This document shows positions 49,044-62,649 of a stretch of DNA of 64,000 bases, piece after piece. Source of the DNA: Pavona decussata (taxonomy: Eukaryota); NCBI GenBank assembly GCA_977016875.1, contig CDRNST010000088.1, positions 2,604,001 to 2,668,000 of the forward strand, given 5' to 3'. The notes under the pieces were generated by a model. That model was not told the DNA's origin. It saw nothing but the letters and a program-made list of their open reading frames with translations, and searched no databases. The position numbers and the translations under genes were made by a program. How positions within the stretch are numbered: position 1 is the stretch's first letter; the number at the start of each line of letters is the position of its first letter.

Positions 49044-49398
49044 CTTACTTACCGTTGCTAACTTACTATTAAAACGTATATGCCGAATGATGCAAGCGAA
49101 TTTTCCCTCAAATGTCAGAGGTTTCAATTTTCAATGTGATTGAAAACAAAACTCTTGATTCCTTGATAGATGTATGTTTAGGGAATTATTGGATATTTTT
49201 GACATTAGCCTTTAGTTAACTGCCCAGTTTATTGAGATAAAGTTATATTAGCTCAACCCGATTTACATTTAATCTGATCCCTAATTTCCCTAATGCAACA
49301 GTGTTGTAAAGGTTTGGCCACCAGATCACGTTTAGCTCACGAGTAGCTCGACCTTCTCCAAGCGCGACCACTAAATTACTTTGGCAGGTAATTCTGTT

Positions 49399-50597
49399 TC
49401 ATGGGCCTTGTCCGTGGGCTCTGCTCTTTGCAGCTGCAATAGCTTCTCTAGGGTCAGCTGTCAGTGTATTTGCGGAAAGTTCAAAATCACCACTCAAAAG
49501 CACTTGTTCTCTAAGGGCCAAAGTGTTCTGTTTCTCTAGTGCATCCTTGAATATCTTCATGTCAAATAAACGGTATGTAATTTTCCTTGCACAAGACTTC
49601 AGAATCGGTGGACGCCAGTGGCTCACGTTCCTTACAGCATGTGGCTGTGGATCATCTAAGTCTTTTAGTAGTTGTTGGAAAAACTTAGATGGGACCATGT
49701 TGAGTTCTAACGTCTGGCAATTTCCTATAAAAGAAGATAACTTATCAAAATTTATGTTTTGATTTTGAAAACCAGTGTTTGTAGGCCTCCACACATGAAA
49801 GGTCAGGTGCAGCAAGGTCCCAACTGTATTTTAGGCTATTTTTAATTAATTTTTATCTTTTCGGGTCAGAAATGTTGCAAAATAATATTAATCAAAGAAA
49901 TGACATATGCATGCACCTAAATGAGCTGGAAATGTAAACCATACATTTTATGGTTGCTTAAAATAATAGCTGCATCCAAAATCAAGAAAACAGTTATTTT
50001 TGTTTAGGCGTTTAATATTTGCAAAACTGGCCCAACCTCCATTAAGGGAACACTTTTCCTTGCCCCGAGGGTGCCCCCTTAATGGAGGTTCCACTGTATG
50101 AGGGGCCAATATGATAATAAGGCTAGAGTAACGCAAAGGAATTTGTTTATGCCTCTACGTATAGAACAATTAGCTATTCTGACTTGCAGCTAACCAGTTA
50201 CGTAGTTTTGCCTAGGCGAACGCGCGCGTACAAGCGACAAAACTTGTTCTTTGAATGCACATCCGCAAGTCAATTCTTTGCACTAGCTTATGGTTTGTTT
50301 CCAATATTAATTATCCCTGGGAAAGGAATTACCCGTGTACTTATTGTGAACTTACTTTTATGCCTCTGGTGGTGAATTCCATTGATCCTCTCTGTCAGAC
50401 CAACCAAACATGCCTTATATTCGGCTTGCATCGCAGACGATCGTATCGCTTGGGGGGCCATCTGCTTGATCTCTTGATTTCCTTCCATAAACACTACCTG
50501 CTCTGGGAGTTGTTTGTTTGCATGTCGTTGAGTGAAGTGCTTGGAATGTTTTCAATGTTTTACCACATTCATCGCAATGCCGATAAGCAGCAGCCAT
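49399..50597 (-). pseudogene. Spliced gene of unknown function with an N-terminal CxxC motif
   Basis: MAAAYRHCDECGK... with in-frame stops. Terminal exon-like ORF at 49399-49815. Divergent from the kinase gene. Confidence 0.4.
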
Positions 50598-51100
50598 GTT
50601 TGTATTGTATTGTATTAAAATCCAAACAGATTTATCATATGGTTCTTTTGTTCCTCAGACCAAATTTGAATTTCACAGGAAGCTAAAACAATAGCGCAGT
50701 AGGTTCAGATCATGTGAAGTTCGATGTTTGAAACAGCCGGGAATGCGAAACAACCCCCTGTTTTCGTAAAAATGAATCTTCCTTTATCTTAGACTTAATG
50801 TTTCTATGTCGAAGTAATAAAGTTTTAGCGCCCTGGAGTATTGCAATAACTGGTTTCTTTTTAATGCAATTGGCCACGTGCTATGACTGTTCTCATAAAA
50901 TGACTCTCAGCTGACGTAAATCCCGCGCACTGGCTTTTAATGATTGTTTATCTGGCCAATCAAATGTCTGGGTTTATTTTTTTGGCAACTCAGGAACACA
51001 AACATTCCTGTCAGTCACCTTTCTGGTAGTGAAACAACATTTTTCTTTCTTTACGGAGGCGTTGCCGTTCTCTCGAGTTGCCAGTTCACCGTCGAGAGTA

Positions 51101-52305
51101 ATGGAATCGAACAAAAAGTGAAAAGGGTCAGCCAAAGAACCGAACGAGGAACGATGTAAATATTATAAGAAATTAAGGAGAGAGCAGAACAAAAGGAGGC
51201 AACAGAGAAAGAAAGGAAAGGAACCACAACAGGACAAGCAAGTCCTACACCTTTGGCCCGAAATCCGCCAAATAACGAGATCGTAAACGCAAACAAAGCG
51301 TAGAAGAAGAGTAACAAAAGCGAAGGATCTTTACCTAGAGGCAAAATAATGGTTTCGGCTGCATTAAAAAACGCCATGAATGCAAGAAAGATACAAAGAT
51401 CCAAGAGGAGCTCGCAGTCGCCTGCGAAACGTGCCATGACAATGCTGATTTAAAGGAAATCCAGGCAAGCAATGTGAAACAAGATGAGGGAAGAGGAGCG
51501 ATTGGAAGGGGTACCTTTGGTGCTTGCTTTTTGGCAACATTCCGTGGAATTCCTGTTGTGGTCAAGGAACTCCAACCGAGAAGCAACACAAGCGTGGAAA
51601 AGCTTAGAAAGGAGGCGGCATACGTAAGCCCGTGTGATTCAAAGATTGGGAGACCATCAAGGCATCCCTCTTCTATTCAGTGTTATGCTGCAGCAACCCA
51701 GTGTCGGAATTGTTCTGCAGTTTCATGGGGATAGTGATGAGAGCGTCACTCTCCACAAGGCAGCAAAAGAGAAGAAAGTGACAGAAGTTAAAGTGTGGAA
51801 TGAAGTGCTGTACAAGGTAACGGATGCGTTGTAACATATTCATAATTGTGGGTTCATCCACAACGATCTCAACAGTAACAATGTGTTGCTTGAAACCAGG
51901 GAGGGTCGGCCGAGTCCAGTTATCGTAGATTTCGGGAAGAATGTGCTGAAAGAGAAAGCCAAAAATCCTGCAGCCAAACTTCCCCACATCCGTGGACTAT
52001 ATCAGAACAATTTTATTGCACCGGAACTTGTTGACGGCACTGGGAAACCTTCCGTGAGCAGTGATGTTTATTCCCTGGCGTTCATGACAAGATCACTGTA
52101 CAAACTTTTGAATTTTAATGTGAACGCTACCGTGAAGAATGCTCTTGCAACTGCTTGTGAGAGTCGTCCTTCAGTCCGCGGTTTAAAAGAATCTTTGTGT
52201 TTAAAATTGTTTGTAGCAGAACACTCACTAAGAGATTTTTACGCAGTGGTGTATGTTAGAATCATACACTTTACTTCTACTTTTTGTTGCTGTTGGATTT
52301 TGTAA
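51101..52305 (+). pseudogene. Intronless Ser/Thr or TKL-like protein kinase pseudogene
   Basis: IGRGTFG, VVVKEL, FIHNDL.SNNVLL, VIVDFG, FIAPE and SDVYSL. Stops and frameshifts near 51300, 51630 and 51832. Confidence 0.88.
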
Positions 52306-53059
52306 TGATAATTTAAAGATTCTTTTTGTATTCACAGGATTTTCAAATTCATTATGAGCGATGAAATAACTACAAAAAATAAACTAATCGAGTACGTGGT
52401 GTGTGGTATACAGACGAATATTTCTCGTTAATTAACTTGTATGCTAAAATAGGCTATTAAATGGTAATAGACTTTAAATGCGTGATTTAGTCCATGCTGT
52501 TGCCAAAGTGAAATATTTCACGCAAACCCCAAGCAACCTTTCAATACTTCGGGATGACATTTCACCCGATGCGTAAACGCTTAGGTCGGATGTCATGATT
52601 CGGTCACGTTCACTGTTTATATTTTCACTCCAACAAGTTCAGTGTACATACTACAAAATGGCCGGACTTACGGCCAAATGTAGCTTGCAAGCAGGCTCTC
52701 TTGCTTGGGTTTGGCGAAAATGTCTCAGAAACATGTTCAATCGGTCTCCCGGGACAAGAAATAGTCAGCGATCAAGGATAAATCAATCTTGTCAATCTCA
52801 GACTACCAAAAGTTCAGTGAAACCGGCAAATTATGTTCACTTAATCTCCAACATTTGAGCAAGGCAGAGCATTCAGGCAAAACTAAAAACAAGCAAATTA
52901 CGGCAGTCGTTAGCTGTTGGCTATGCGCATAAGGAAAAGCGTAAACGGGGCAAATTCGCCGCAGGAATTATTTTCTTGATCTCAAACATATTGCGTGCTC
53001 CTTGTTTCAACATGATTCAATTCAATATTCAATGTATTTATTGAGTGAACGGTGCGGTT

Positions 53060-53565
53060 TTTAAAGATTCTTTTATCAAATGACAACACCGCAGCGACAA
53101 TAGCACCTAAAGTGTATTCAATATTTTTTTCGTTTATCGCGCTTTGGAAAGTTCGCAAGTGCATAATTACAAAATACAGTTTTTTCAGTAGTTGATGTTC
53201 TATGCCAAAAGACCCCGGCGACCATCTGCGGCTATTTCTGTGGCAAAGAATTTTTGTAGGCCCAAACAAGTTGTATTAGTGCCAGCCACATGCACACGTC
53301 GCCGAAATTAAGTGACCTAACAGCGTGCATTTTTTAGACTTCCTCTTTTATCAAATCACAACAGAAACAATAGCACCCATTCAATTTTGTTTTCGTTTCT
53401 CGCGCTTTGGAAAGTTCACAAGAGAATAATAACAAAGTTTTTGAGCAGTTGATTTTCTATTAAAAAAAAAAAAAACGGCGACCATCTGCGGCTATTTTAG
53501 TGGCAGACACCGTACTAAGTGCCAGCCGCGTACACACGTCGTCGAACTTAACAGCGTGCATTTTA
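53060..53565. repeat. Diverged tandem duplication (about 260-bp period)
   Basis: tcgcgctttggaaagttc..., ggcgaccatctgcggctattt and gtgccagcc..cacgtcg each occur twice. Confidence 0.75.
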
Positions 53566-53830
53566 AGGTTAATTTATTTTCTGTTATCATTTCCCAATTA
53601 TAACCTAACTGAGAACAACTTTATTAAAGAGCAGAGCTGATTAATTACATTATTTGGTCTGGTTTCTTTTAAATGTCTGTCAACATGGTTAACATTAATA
53701 TCTTCGGACGTGCCAAACCGTGGTTTTATATTACCACCATTAATTGGCTGACGGTAGATTGAATCTACCCTCAGCCTAATTTGCGTACATTCTTTTGCTT
53801 AGCTAACTTCCTCATGCTTTCTTTTTCTTC

Positions 53831-53841
53831 AAGAAGGGGAG
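53831..53841 (+). promoter_or_regulatory. Polypurine tract
   Basis: aagaaggggag immediately before the 3' LTR. Confidence 0.9.
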
Positions 53842-54281
53842 TGTTACGAGGTTCACACCTCCATTTATAAACAGTTGTTTTATTTAAGTCACACGTATTT
53901 ATGTCACGGGCGCTCCTATTATGTAATTTTTGTTAATGCCCATATATAGGCATGTAGCCAGTACATGTTCGGGGATAAATATAGAACAGCCCTGGGAATA
54001 TGTAGTTGTAAAAGAGAAAAGACTTTTGCTACTTTCATCTTCGATTTTTCTTCGCTCTGCTCTCTCCATTGGATGTTCCTCGACCTAAAGACTATATGGA
54101 CACTTAAACCAGGCAGATAAGCATTCGAACATTTATATATTTGATTGTACTGACTTATAGTTTATGTTAAGCGCACGTTGTGTTATATTAAATAAAGTAC
54201 GTGTTCTTGTTCACGAATGTCGTCTGATTCACCGTTTGTTGCAGACGTTCGCTTTGTCGCTTTACAATTGCATCTGTAACA
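53842..54281 (+). repeat. 3' LTR (440 bp)
   Basis: Direct repeat of 32783-33238 with about 24 substitutions by manual count. Confidence 0.95.
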
Positions 54282-54582
54282 ATGTATAAAGTAGCAAAGG
54301 GACAAGTGATTGTCATGTTGGCTTTGCAATATCAAGAATAAGAGCCAGACAATTACTGCTGTTGTTTCCCTGAACAAAACAGTATCATTTTGCACTCTCA
54401 AAACAAAAGAATCAATGTGATTGACAGGAAAAGGTTCCTATTTTTCCTATCACTTACAAAATAAATGGGAAAATTATATTGCATTCTTACCTAGATTAAG
54501 TTATGAGCAAGAAAGACATCTAAACCCTCTGGTATATCAATATCAGACTTGAGCACCTAGTTTGGGTTTATACAAAAACCAT

Positions 54583-57125
54583 GGTAGATAGATAGCTTTA
54601 TTAAAAATCCATTGCAGCCCAGAGGCTGGATTACGGACTGTACAATATATAATGCTAAAATACGAGAAAGGATAAAAAAAAACATCATAAATAAATAAAT
54701 AAATAACAGTATAAGTAAAACAAACAAACAAAGAAACACAGATACTACGTCATAAAATATAAAAAATAGCTGCGGATATACGATAAAAACGTTAGAAAAT
54801 GGCCGCGTTATGTATGATAAAACTATTCTTGAATCTATTTGTTCTACAAATAGGTACATTAAAAGCACGCTTTCTCCTTAAAGCTACGGTACTAAGATTA
54901 CGTGGCGGCAAAAGGCCATGAAATTTGTGGTGGCTGTTGTCCTTAATGTTATTGAATAGTCACTCCGTCAGCCATTGCCGCCGTGGATGGAAGGTGGTAA
55001 TGTTGCACTCTTTAAGAGCCTTTTGGTAGCCTAAGTCTGGGAAAATAATTCTAAGTGCACGGCGCTGAATTTTCTCTAGCTCGTCAGAGAGATACTCAGG
55101 CAGACCTTCGTGGAAACCTTGGCAAGCATATTCAGAAACGGGCCGGATACAGGTAGTATAGAAACAAAGTAGCCGCGCAGTATCTCCTTTTGCACGCTTA
55201 AGTTGCCTTAACAGATAAAGCCTAGAGGCTCCTTTTCTGATAACATTCTCTATGTGAGCATTCCACTTTAGATTGTTTGAAATTGTGAGACCAAGAAGTT
55301 TTACGCTAGTTACAACCTCTATTGATTTGTTGTTAATAGTAACTGCTTGAAAGGGATCTACAGACTTTGAGAAACTTATCTGCAACTCTTTACACTTGTT
55401 CTCATTTAATTGGAACTGATCTATTTCGGCTTGCCTAACTAGGTCGTCTACAGCAGCTTGTATTCCACTTGGTTGGCCCTTTTGGACTGTCTCGGCCACC
55501 GATGTATCATCAACGTACTTTCAAAGATTGACGCCATTGACATTGATGTCGTTTATCATGACCAGGAAGACCCAGGGCCCCAGTTTGGTCCCCTGCAGTA
55601 CACCAGCCCTGACAGGACCCCAATCCGAGTAGCAATCGCGGGCGAGTTTCACTTGTTGCTTCCTGTCAGAAAGAAAATCTGCAATCCAGTCCAGCACCCA
55701 AGGTGGGAGCTCATAATCCGTAAACTTAGCCATGAGAATGGTGTGGTCGATAAGATCGAAAGCTTTCCTAAAGTCGAAGAGCACCACGCGCACTTTCGAA
55801 CCGTTGCTGACAGTATCCTTATACCAGTTGTGGAGCATGCTGATTAGGGCATGTACAGTGCTGGAGTTCGGGACAGTCCCGTATTGGTTCAGGTCAATCT
55901 TTGCAAGGATGGCAGGCCTGATGTAGCCGTCAACAACAAACTCTTCCCCAACTTTAGAAAGAATTGGGGTCAAAGAAATGGGTCTCAGGTGTTTGTTCAC
56001 ATCGCTAACAGGTGAAGTCTTCAGGAGGGGTGTAATGTCCGCCTTCTTCCACAAAGTTGGAAGGCGACACTCCAAAAAGGAAGAATTCAAGATGTCTGCC
56101 ACTGGTGCAGCCAATAAGTCAGCGTTTTCTTTTAATACCCACGAGGGGATTCCATCAGGTCCGCATGCTTTGTTCGTATTAAGCCCCAATAGTTTCTTAA
56201 AAACTGAAAACTCAGATATAGAACAGAGAGGATCTTGTTGGCATGTATACGTGTGCGCGTGTGCGTCAGGTGTGGCTAGAGGAGTGAAGGCGGTCATTGG
56301 TGACAAAAAAGCGTCGTTAATAACATTGGCCAAATGTTTAGGATCTTCCCCTTCATCGGCAAGATGTTGAAGGTCTGCGATGGGGCTTGCGCGCTCGACA
56401 TTAGGAAAACCACTTAGCTGTTTGATTTCCTTCCACCACTGGGCAGGTTTACAAGCCTTAAGATCTTTGACTCGGGCATCATAGTACTTTGCTCAACACG
56501 CTTTCAGATCTCTGTTCACTTTATTCCGGAGCTGGTTGTACTCAACCAGATTGTTGTTGGCCAATGCCTTTTGCCGGCGGGGAATAAGGCATTTAATAGA
56601 GTTATTCATCCAAGGCACCTCGTTCGCTGATATCGATTTTACTTTTAGGGGCATGATTGCGTCCATTCCGGAAATGATAGCTTCTTCCATCAACTGTGCT
56701 TTCTCATCACGTGTATCTTTGTTTTTTACAAGGTCGGCGATGTTGACTTTTTCCAAGTATGAACTCAGAGCGAACCTGTAACTTTCTCGCTGGTCTCTTG
56801 TAATGATAGATCGTTTTGATGGTTGTGATTTACAGCGAGACAAGAGCTGGAGTTCAACAGATGCGTGATCTGACAGACCAAACGCTGGCCGTTTTATTGG
56901 CTCCTCGTAATTTTTCTTTGATGTTGGTCAAAACGAGATCTAGAGTCTGATCTCCTCGAGTATGGAACTTGACAATTTGTTTCAGCTTAAAAGCGTTCCT
57001 AAAACTCAAAGTATCGAGCCTGTTAAAACCCCCCATGATCAAAACTCCACAGTTTGAAAACCGCGATTCAATTGAAGACATTGAGTCGTGGAGATAGAGA
57101 AAGATCTCAGAGTCAGTCATTGGCA
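54583..57125 (-). mobile_element. CR1-group LINE, 5'-truncated (endonuclease end and RT), degenerate
   Basis: MGGFN...TRGDQTLDLVLTN (APE end), KACGPDGIP, LRPISLT, FDFRKAFD, GVLQGTKLGP, KYVDDT and RTNRFKNSF. Ends in aataaa plus a (tatc)n tail. Confidence 0.92.
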
Positions 57126-60100
57126 ATAATTGGTAATAATAAGATAAACAACTTTATGTGTACAAGAATTAAGCTTTCAACCTGGGAAAAACAGAATTTT
57201 TTAAAATGAGCTTTTTAATCTAATTTGTTGAATTATAATCAGCTACAAGTACAATTTTTTAAAGAAAATAGAAAAAACGACACAAAGATGACTTGAAATA
57301 TTTCTCATGTATTCAAACATCTCTAGTGTGCATCTCCCTCAAATAGAACCTAAACATCAATCACTGAATTTGACTAGAAAAAGATGAAAATTAAAATATT
57401 TTGAAAATCCCCATAATTAATGACTCGTTTTTTAATTGGACCGCAGTTTGAAACGATGTCTTAGTATTGTGCGTTATTATGTTACCGACCACATGGCCTA
57501 CTATTGTCCATATTAGCTTGCAATTTTAACATTATCTTGATTAAAGATCAAAGGTTTCTTTTAGAAAATTGCTCCCTCTAGTAGAAAGGTGTGAATCCAT
57601 ACATAAAGATTTGAAGTTATCTTACCTCAGGGTCTTAACATGGTATATGGGCTCAGGGCTCAAAGCCCAAACTATGACTGGGATCAGGGCTCAGAGGAAA
57701 GGGCTTAGAAGAATGGGATCAGGGATCACAAGGCTTTTGAGCTCGAATCAGGGATCAGAATTGTCACACCATGAACACACGGTAAAAAAATCTCTTTTCA
57801 CAACATTTTTCCGCGTAGTAAGGTTTCTGTCCATAGAATTTCCTGGCCGACGTACATTTCCTATTCCGGCTGGTGGCAATTCCTGTCATGTGAGTTGTTT
57901 GACAAAAACATGGTATCGTATTCTTAATTAATTCAATTGTTGAGCGCACTTTCCTCGCCTTGTTACGCAACTCTGCCTACGGCTCTCTGGGCTCTTCTCA
58001 ACGCACTTTGTACATATCCTGACATATCTTTTTTTGTGAGAAATGGGTAAGAGGAAAAAGGAGAAAAAGAAGTCACAGGACAAAGAAAGGTACGTAAGTA
58101 GATCTTCGACTGGTTTTACTTTGTACTCACCCCTGGCAAGTCTTCAAGCATAACAATACAGGACAATAGACAAACCGATTCATTAAAAGCGGAATTTACT
58201 GATAGGTCCCAATCGCCTCATCGCCGAGTTATCGCCTCCAAAAAGTCAAAGGGCGACCATAAATTGAGGTAAGTATTTTTTGACTAGTTAATTAACCTTT
58301 AATAGTGCTTAAATAATTAGAACGGCCGTCTAAAGTAGTATACTTGTACAATGAATTTGCGTGCTTCGTTGCAAAATAAATGTTTTCTCGCAATTCAATA
58401 ACTGCAATAAATCTGCTCTAATTGCATCAAGTTTAGGGTTATCTCGAACTGTGATGAGAAACCGAGATCGGTTCAGCTACCAGTACTAGTATTGGACCGG
58501 GAAAGTAAAGGACATATTCCGTTACTGTAAAGCTGATAAATGCTTGTATGATAAATAATCTGAAATAGCGTCGATATATACAATTAGTGAAAAATAAGTG
58601 GAACACTGGAGACTTAATTCGGTGAAAGCAAAGTAATAAAGCTTTTATTATTTATTTTCTCTAGTTTTAGTTATGAAATAAACGGTTTTATTAGTGAAAG
58701 GAATGTTGCATACGTGGTTCACGTAGCATAGTCTGCGGAATTTTATTATAAAGCACTCAGCATGGAACGCCACCAGTTGGGGGCCAACTACTTGATTTTT
58801 GAGCAGGGAATGGGTGATTTTTTTTCCTGGGCAATGTTTTCAGTCCTCATTCGTGCGTTGGCTATTTTTTTTTTGGTACAACTGATTTACAGACTTAATT
58901 GACAATATTGAACTAGAATAATTTCAGCCCTTTGGCCCTTTTGACCTCGGGAAAGTACATTTATCAAACTAAAAACGATATTTGTGAAACTCTGCAAAAG
59001 AAATGCCCATGGAATGTCCCAATCTTCCACTGAATCTAATGGCCTGTTAATGTGTAGATCAAAAGAACGTGCTTCATACCGAAGGAGAACTGCTTCACAA
59101 AGTAACTCACCTAGCTGCCACAGGAGGTGAGTGTACCAATGCAAGTTTCTGTGATAGTTTTTCCTGTCAGACTCCTTGGCAACTTGGTAACATGCATGTG
59201 ATTTTAAAGCGAGCAGAGAGCAAAAGAGTTCAGCCAAAGAATAAAACGAAATGGTGTCAGGCGTGTCCCGCGAATTCCTTCAATGTTTCTTGTTTATAGT
59301 GGACGGACATTAGACACCATCCAATTCATAAGCGCCCGACGTATTGGAAATTATTTTGGAATGGCGTAGTTAACAGAGGCAAATCAACTCTGCTGACATG
59401 GCGGAATTTTTAGGTTCTTTGTACCTACTTGCCATTGTCTTATTGACTGCTTGGCTGCGGACAGGTGTCATTTTAAGACCTCCTTTACACGCAAGACAAC
59501 TAAACTGTAAGTGTTGTAATTCATAATGAGAAGTTAACATGATATTTTTATCTTACCATCGCCAGTTGTTAACAATAACCAACTGTATCTGAAACAGGAA
59601 ATGGGAAACAGGGTCTTAGACGTCTAAGTGTGTTTATTTAGCTCAAAACCCGCCAGTAGGAGCAAAAGCAAGAAGCTGGTCATGCGTCTATACCTTTCTT
59701 CATACGATGCTATATTTGTGTTATAGGTCGCAATCAACCTCCTCTGAGTGTCATTGAAGAACATCATACATGGTATGGTCATTACAGTTTAGATGATGAT
59801 CATGTGTAATATATCATTTTTCAACCTTGACTCCCATTAAGGGACCGGACAATGTTTTTTTGTACCGACTCACGTCACTCATGTTTACTGGCACAAACGT
59901 TTATGCTTTTCTGTGACGATATCACGCTCAGCCTCACCTTCACCTTCTACCAGCTTCACTGAAGAATGGTGCACACGGTATGTTACTTGCAGTATAAAAA
60001 AGCTTTCAGTTGTCCATGGCATGAAATTTTTATATTCGTCGTTGTTTCTTTGTTTAGGAGGTTGGAAAATTCGCAAGTCCAAGCGTCGATATCTGGATTC

Positions 60101-60508
60101 TTGTCACATTCCGACAAGGGGCAAAGGAGGTAAAAGTTCAGTCTTATCAAATATGATTCAAAGGCTGTACCATAACAATAAGTAAAGTGAGGCCATTATC
60201 GCTTTGTCTAACTCTTTTGTCCTTTGTTCTTTACCTATTTAGCCAAACTATGTCCAATTTAGAGAGCATTATTGAAAACGAAGGAAAAAAGATAGTGGGG
60301 GTACCACGGAGGGATTTGGCTAAGTTATGAAGCGAATTTTAATAGAATTAGTTTTAGGGCTCTGATAATGTAGAAAAAGTCAGGGAAAGTAATCTTTATG
60401 GGTAATTGACATCTACCAGTTTTACCGACACAGTCAATTTCGGTTTGTTGCAGTGACTAAGCCAACAATACTAACACTTAGTGTTCAAATGGCTACCCAA
60501 TACAGCTG

Positions 60509-61052
60509 GAATGTTTACTGCCGATTCCAAGCGGAGATTGGAAATGGCTGTCGGAAACTTAATCATGGAAAAGTTTCAACAGGATTTGTCATCAGCATTC
60601 TGTTGCAAGGCAAACATTAAAATTTATTACTTTGATGGAGTTGATGTTATGCCGGTTGCTGGTGAACACGATCTGAAATACTTCCTAGATAGGTTTTTAG
60701 ACAACTATACTTCCGTTGACAACCATGCTGACATAAATAGGGTCTACATTGTAGTACCTGAGTACAAGGAAAACTCTGCCAATAATGTTTGCACTGATGA
60801 CAGCAGCAAGATAAAGGAAGGCACGTCTAAAAAGCCTCACTCGCCAGCCACGGCTCAAGAAGGGAAAGAAAAATTCACAGCGCACATAAAGGAGCGTTTC
60901 CCTGAGATTGAACTCATAGAAGGCAACAAATTCCGCTGTAGGAAGTGTGGGAAAATTAGAGCCTTGATGGTAACAATAGAGTCTTGAACATTATTCACCA
61001 CGTCAACACTGTATGCATGTCACGGGGCAAGCAGGGAACGCAGAGCATTGTT
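60509..61052 (+). pseudogene. Unknown ORF ending in a zinc-finger-like motif
   Basis: 168-aa ORF with FRCRKCGK. A His-containing continuation follows in a shifted frame. Confidence 0.4.
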
Positions 61053-62649
61053 AACTTTTTTCAAAAGAAATAGAAATTACCACACAATTGTCGACCTTTC
61101 ATACTTCACCAGTAACAATGGACTGTTAATGTTACCTTTATGTATAATGCAAACACCAATGTGGTCTCAATGACAACCAGAGGTGATAGACTTGAGGCAC
61201 TTACGTGATTCTATCAACGATCGTACAATTAGAATTACATGTAATCCATCACTTGATATACTGACTTCTTTTTTATTACATTTGGAAATCTACTTTGATA
61301 GTTTAGCAAGGTCGATTATTTATATGGCCAGCTTTGCCTCTGCAAAGTCTCAATTTCAATAAAGGATAATAAACTACAGTGTTGTAAGTTTCAAACTGAT
61401 AAGTTGCGAATGACATAAACTTTCAATACAGTAAAAACACGAAGTAGAATCCTAATGTTTTCCAAGTTAAGCTGACAAGGTTCTTAAAAGAGGTTTAAAG
61501 GGATATATACCGCTTCGGTTAGATTTTTACTCCCTTATCTTGGAAAATAAAATTTTTTAAGGAATCGAAATAAGCTTTTCTCATGTTTTCTGTGGAAATT
61601 ACATAACTGCTCCCACCTGCATAAAAATTACCAGTTTATTCTGTAAATTAAGAACCTGGCTAAAATTGGTTCTTATGTTAAGGGGGTGTAAAGTAAGATT
61701 TTTAGCCTAACAGGTTTTGCATTTCTAGAAAGGTTCTCATATGAGAGTTTTTTTGTGTAGAAAGACGCTTGATTTGTCATTATGAGTATGTTACACCGGC
61801 TAGTGAATTTTAGTTCCCTAGTAATAAACAACCTTCCAACATTTCTATAAAACAGCTTTACATGTAGCTTGTTAAAGTGCTACTGCGACGAAAATCGCAG
61901 TCTATCTAAACGAAATTTTTGGGCTTGAACTTAATGTTTGGACTTAAAACTTCACGAAAAATTGTAATTCAGACCAATCTGACGAAGCGGTTCTGACAAG
62001 AAAGACGTCCAAAAGTGGGAAAAATGGGTCCGCCATTACATACACAACAAATGTCTGAGTCAAAGAGGAGGGATTGGATTGAGGTCGCCTGTGACGTCAT
62101 CTTATTCCCAAAACTCACCACCATCTCGCTACAACTACTTCTAGCATGTTATTGTGGTGTCGTCTGTTCCGTGTTCTTCGTCCATTTCTTCGAAAGACAG
62201 ATCTGATTTAAAACAGTTGAACAGAAAGATATTTTGGACGGCAATGGAACTGCTTTTAACCCGTACGATGAAGATTTGGAGCCAAATGTGACCGTAGAAG
62301 CGGCCGCCGCATTTGAGGAAAGCGTGATTCTTGAAGAAGATCGTCATATCGAGCTCCAAAGACATTTTACTGGTGAAATAGGTGCATGGTAGGCATTACT
62401 CCGATTGAGTTTTTTTGCCGTTTTTTGCTTTTTTTCATTGTATTTGCTTTTAGTTATCACAAAAGAGCGGTTTACATAACGTAACATAACATATCCGGCA
62501 CAACGTTGGTTTGTTATTAGGTAAGGCTGTTCGTAATACGCGCTACTTCTTTCATCGGTAACATAGTTTGAAAGAAAATTTTAAATGCCATCCTGTAGAA
62601 TCCGGCAACCAAGAGTCTGTAGGACTTAAACTTGAGAAACACCTGTTGC

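Larger units (their letters stand above)
38900..53781 (+). mobile_element. About 14.9-kb insertion with Helitron2/Helentron-like termini in the 3' UTR of the Gypsy element
   Basis: Short asymmetric inverted repeat agccacttaattg (38903-15) / ccattaattggct (53737-49), overlapping the 3' hairpin ggctga-c-ggtagatt-g-aatctacc-c-tcagcc (53746-76). T-rich junctions, no TSD. Removing it leaves a short RH-to-PPT spacer. No Rep/helicase ORF was seen. Confidence 0.6.
32783..54281 (+). mobile_element. Gmr1-like Gypsy LTR retrotransposon with nested insertions
   Basis: Paired TG...CA LTRs, ATGT TSD (32779-82, 54282-85), PBS, PPT, and domain order gag-PR-IN-RT-RNase H (integrase upstream of RT). Confidence 0.95.

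Noticed and set aside
38900-53781. Autonomous Helitron or Maverick/Polinton
   Set aside because: No HUH Rep, PIF1 helicase, pPolB, capsid, packaging ATPase or long TIRs were recognisable.
54557-54868. Hydrophobic membrane-protein ORF
   Set aside because: It is the T-rich 3' UTR of the CR1-group LINE.
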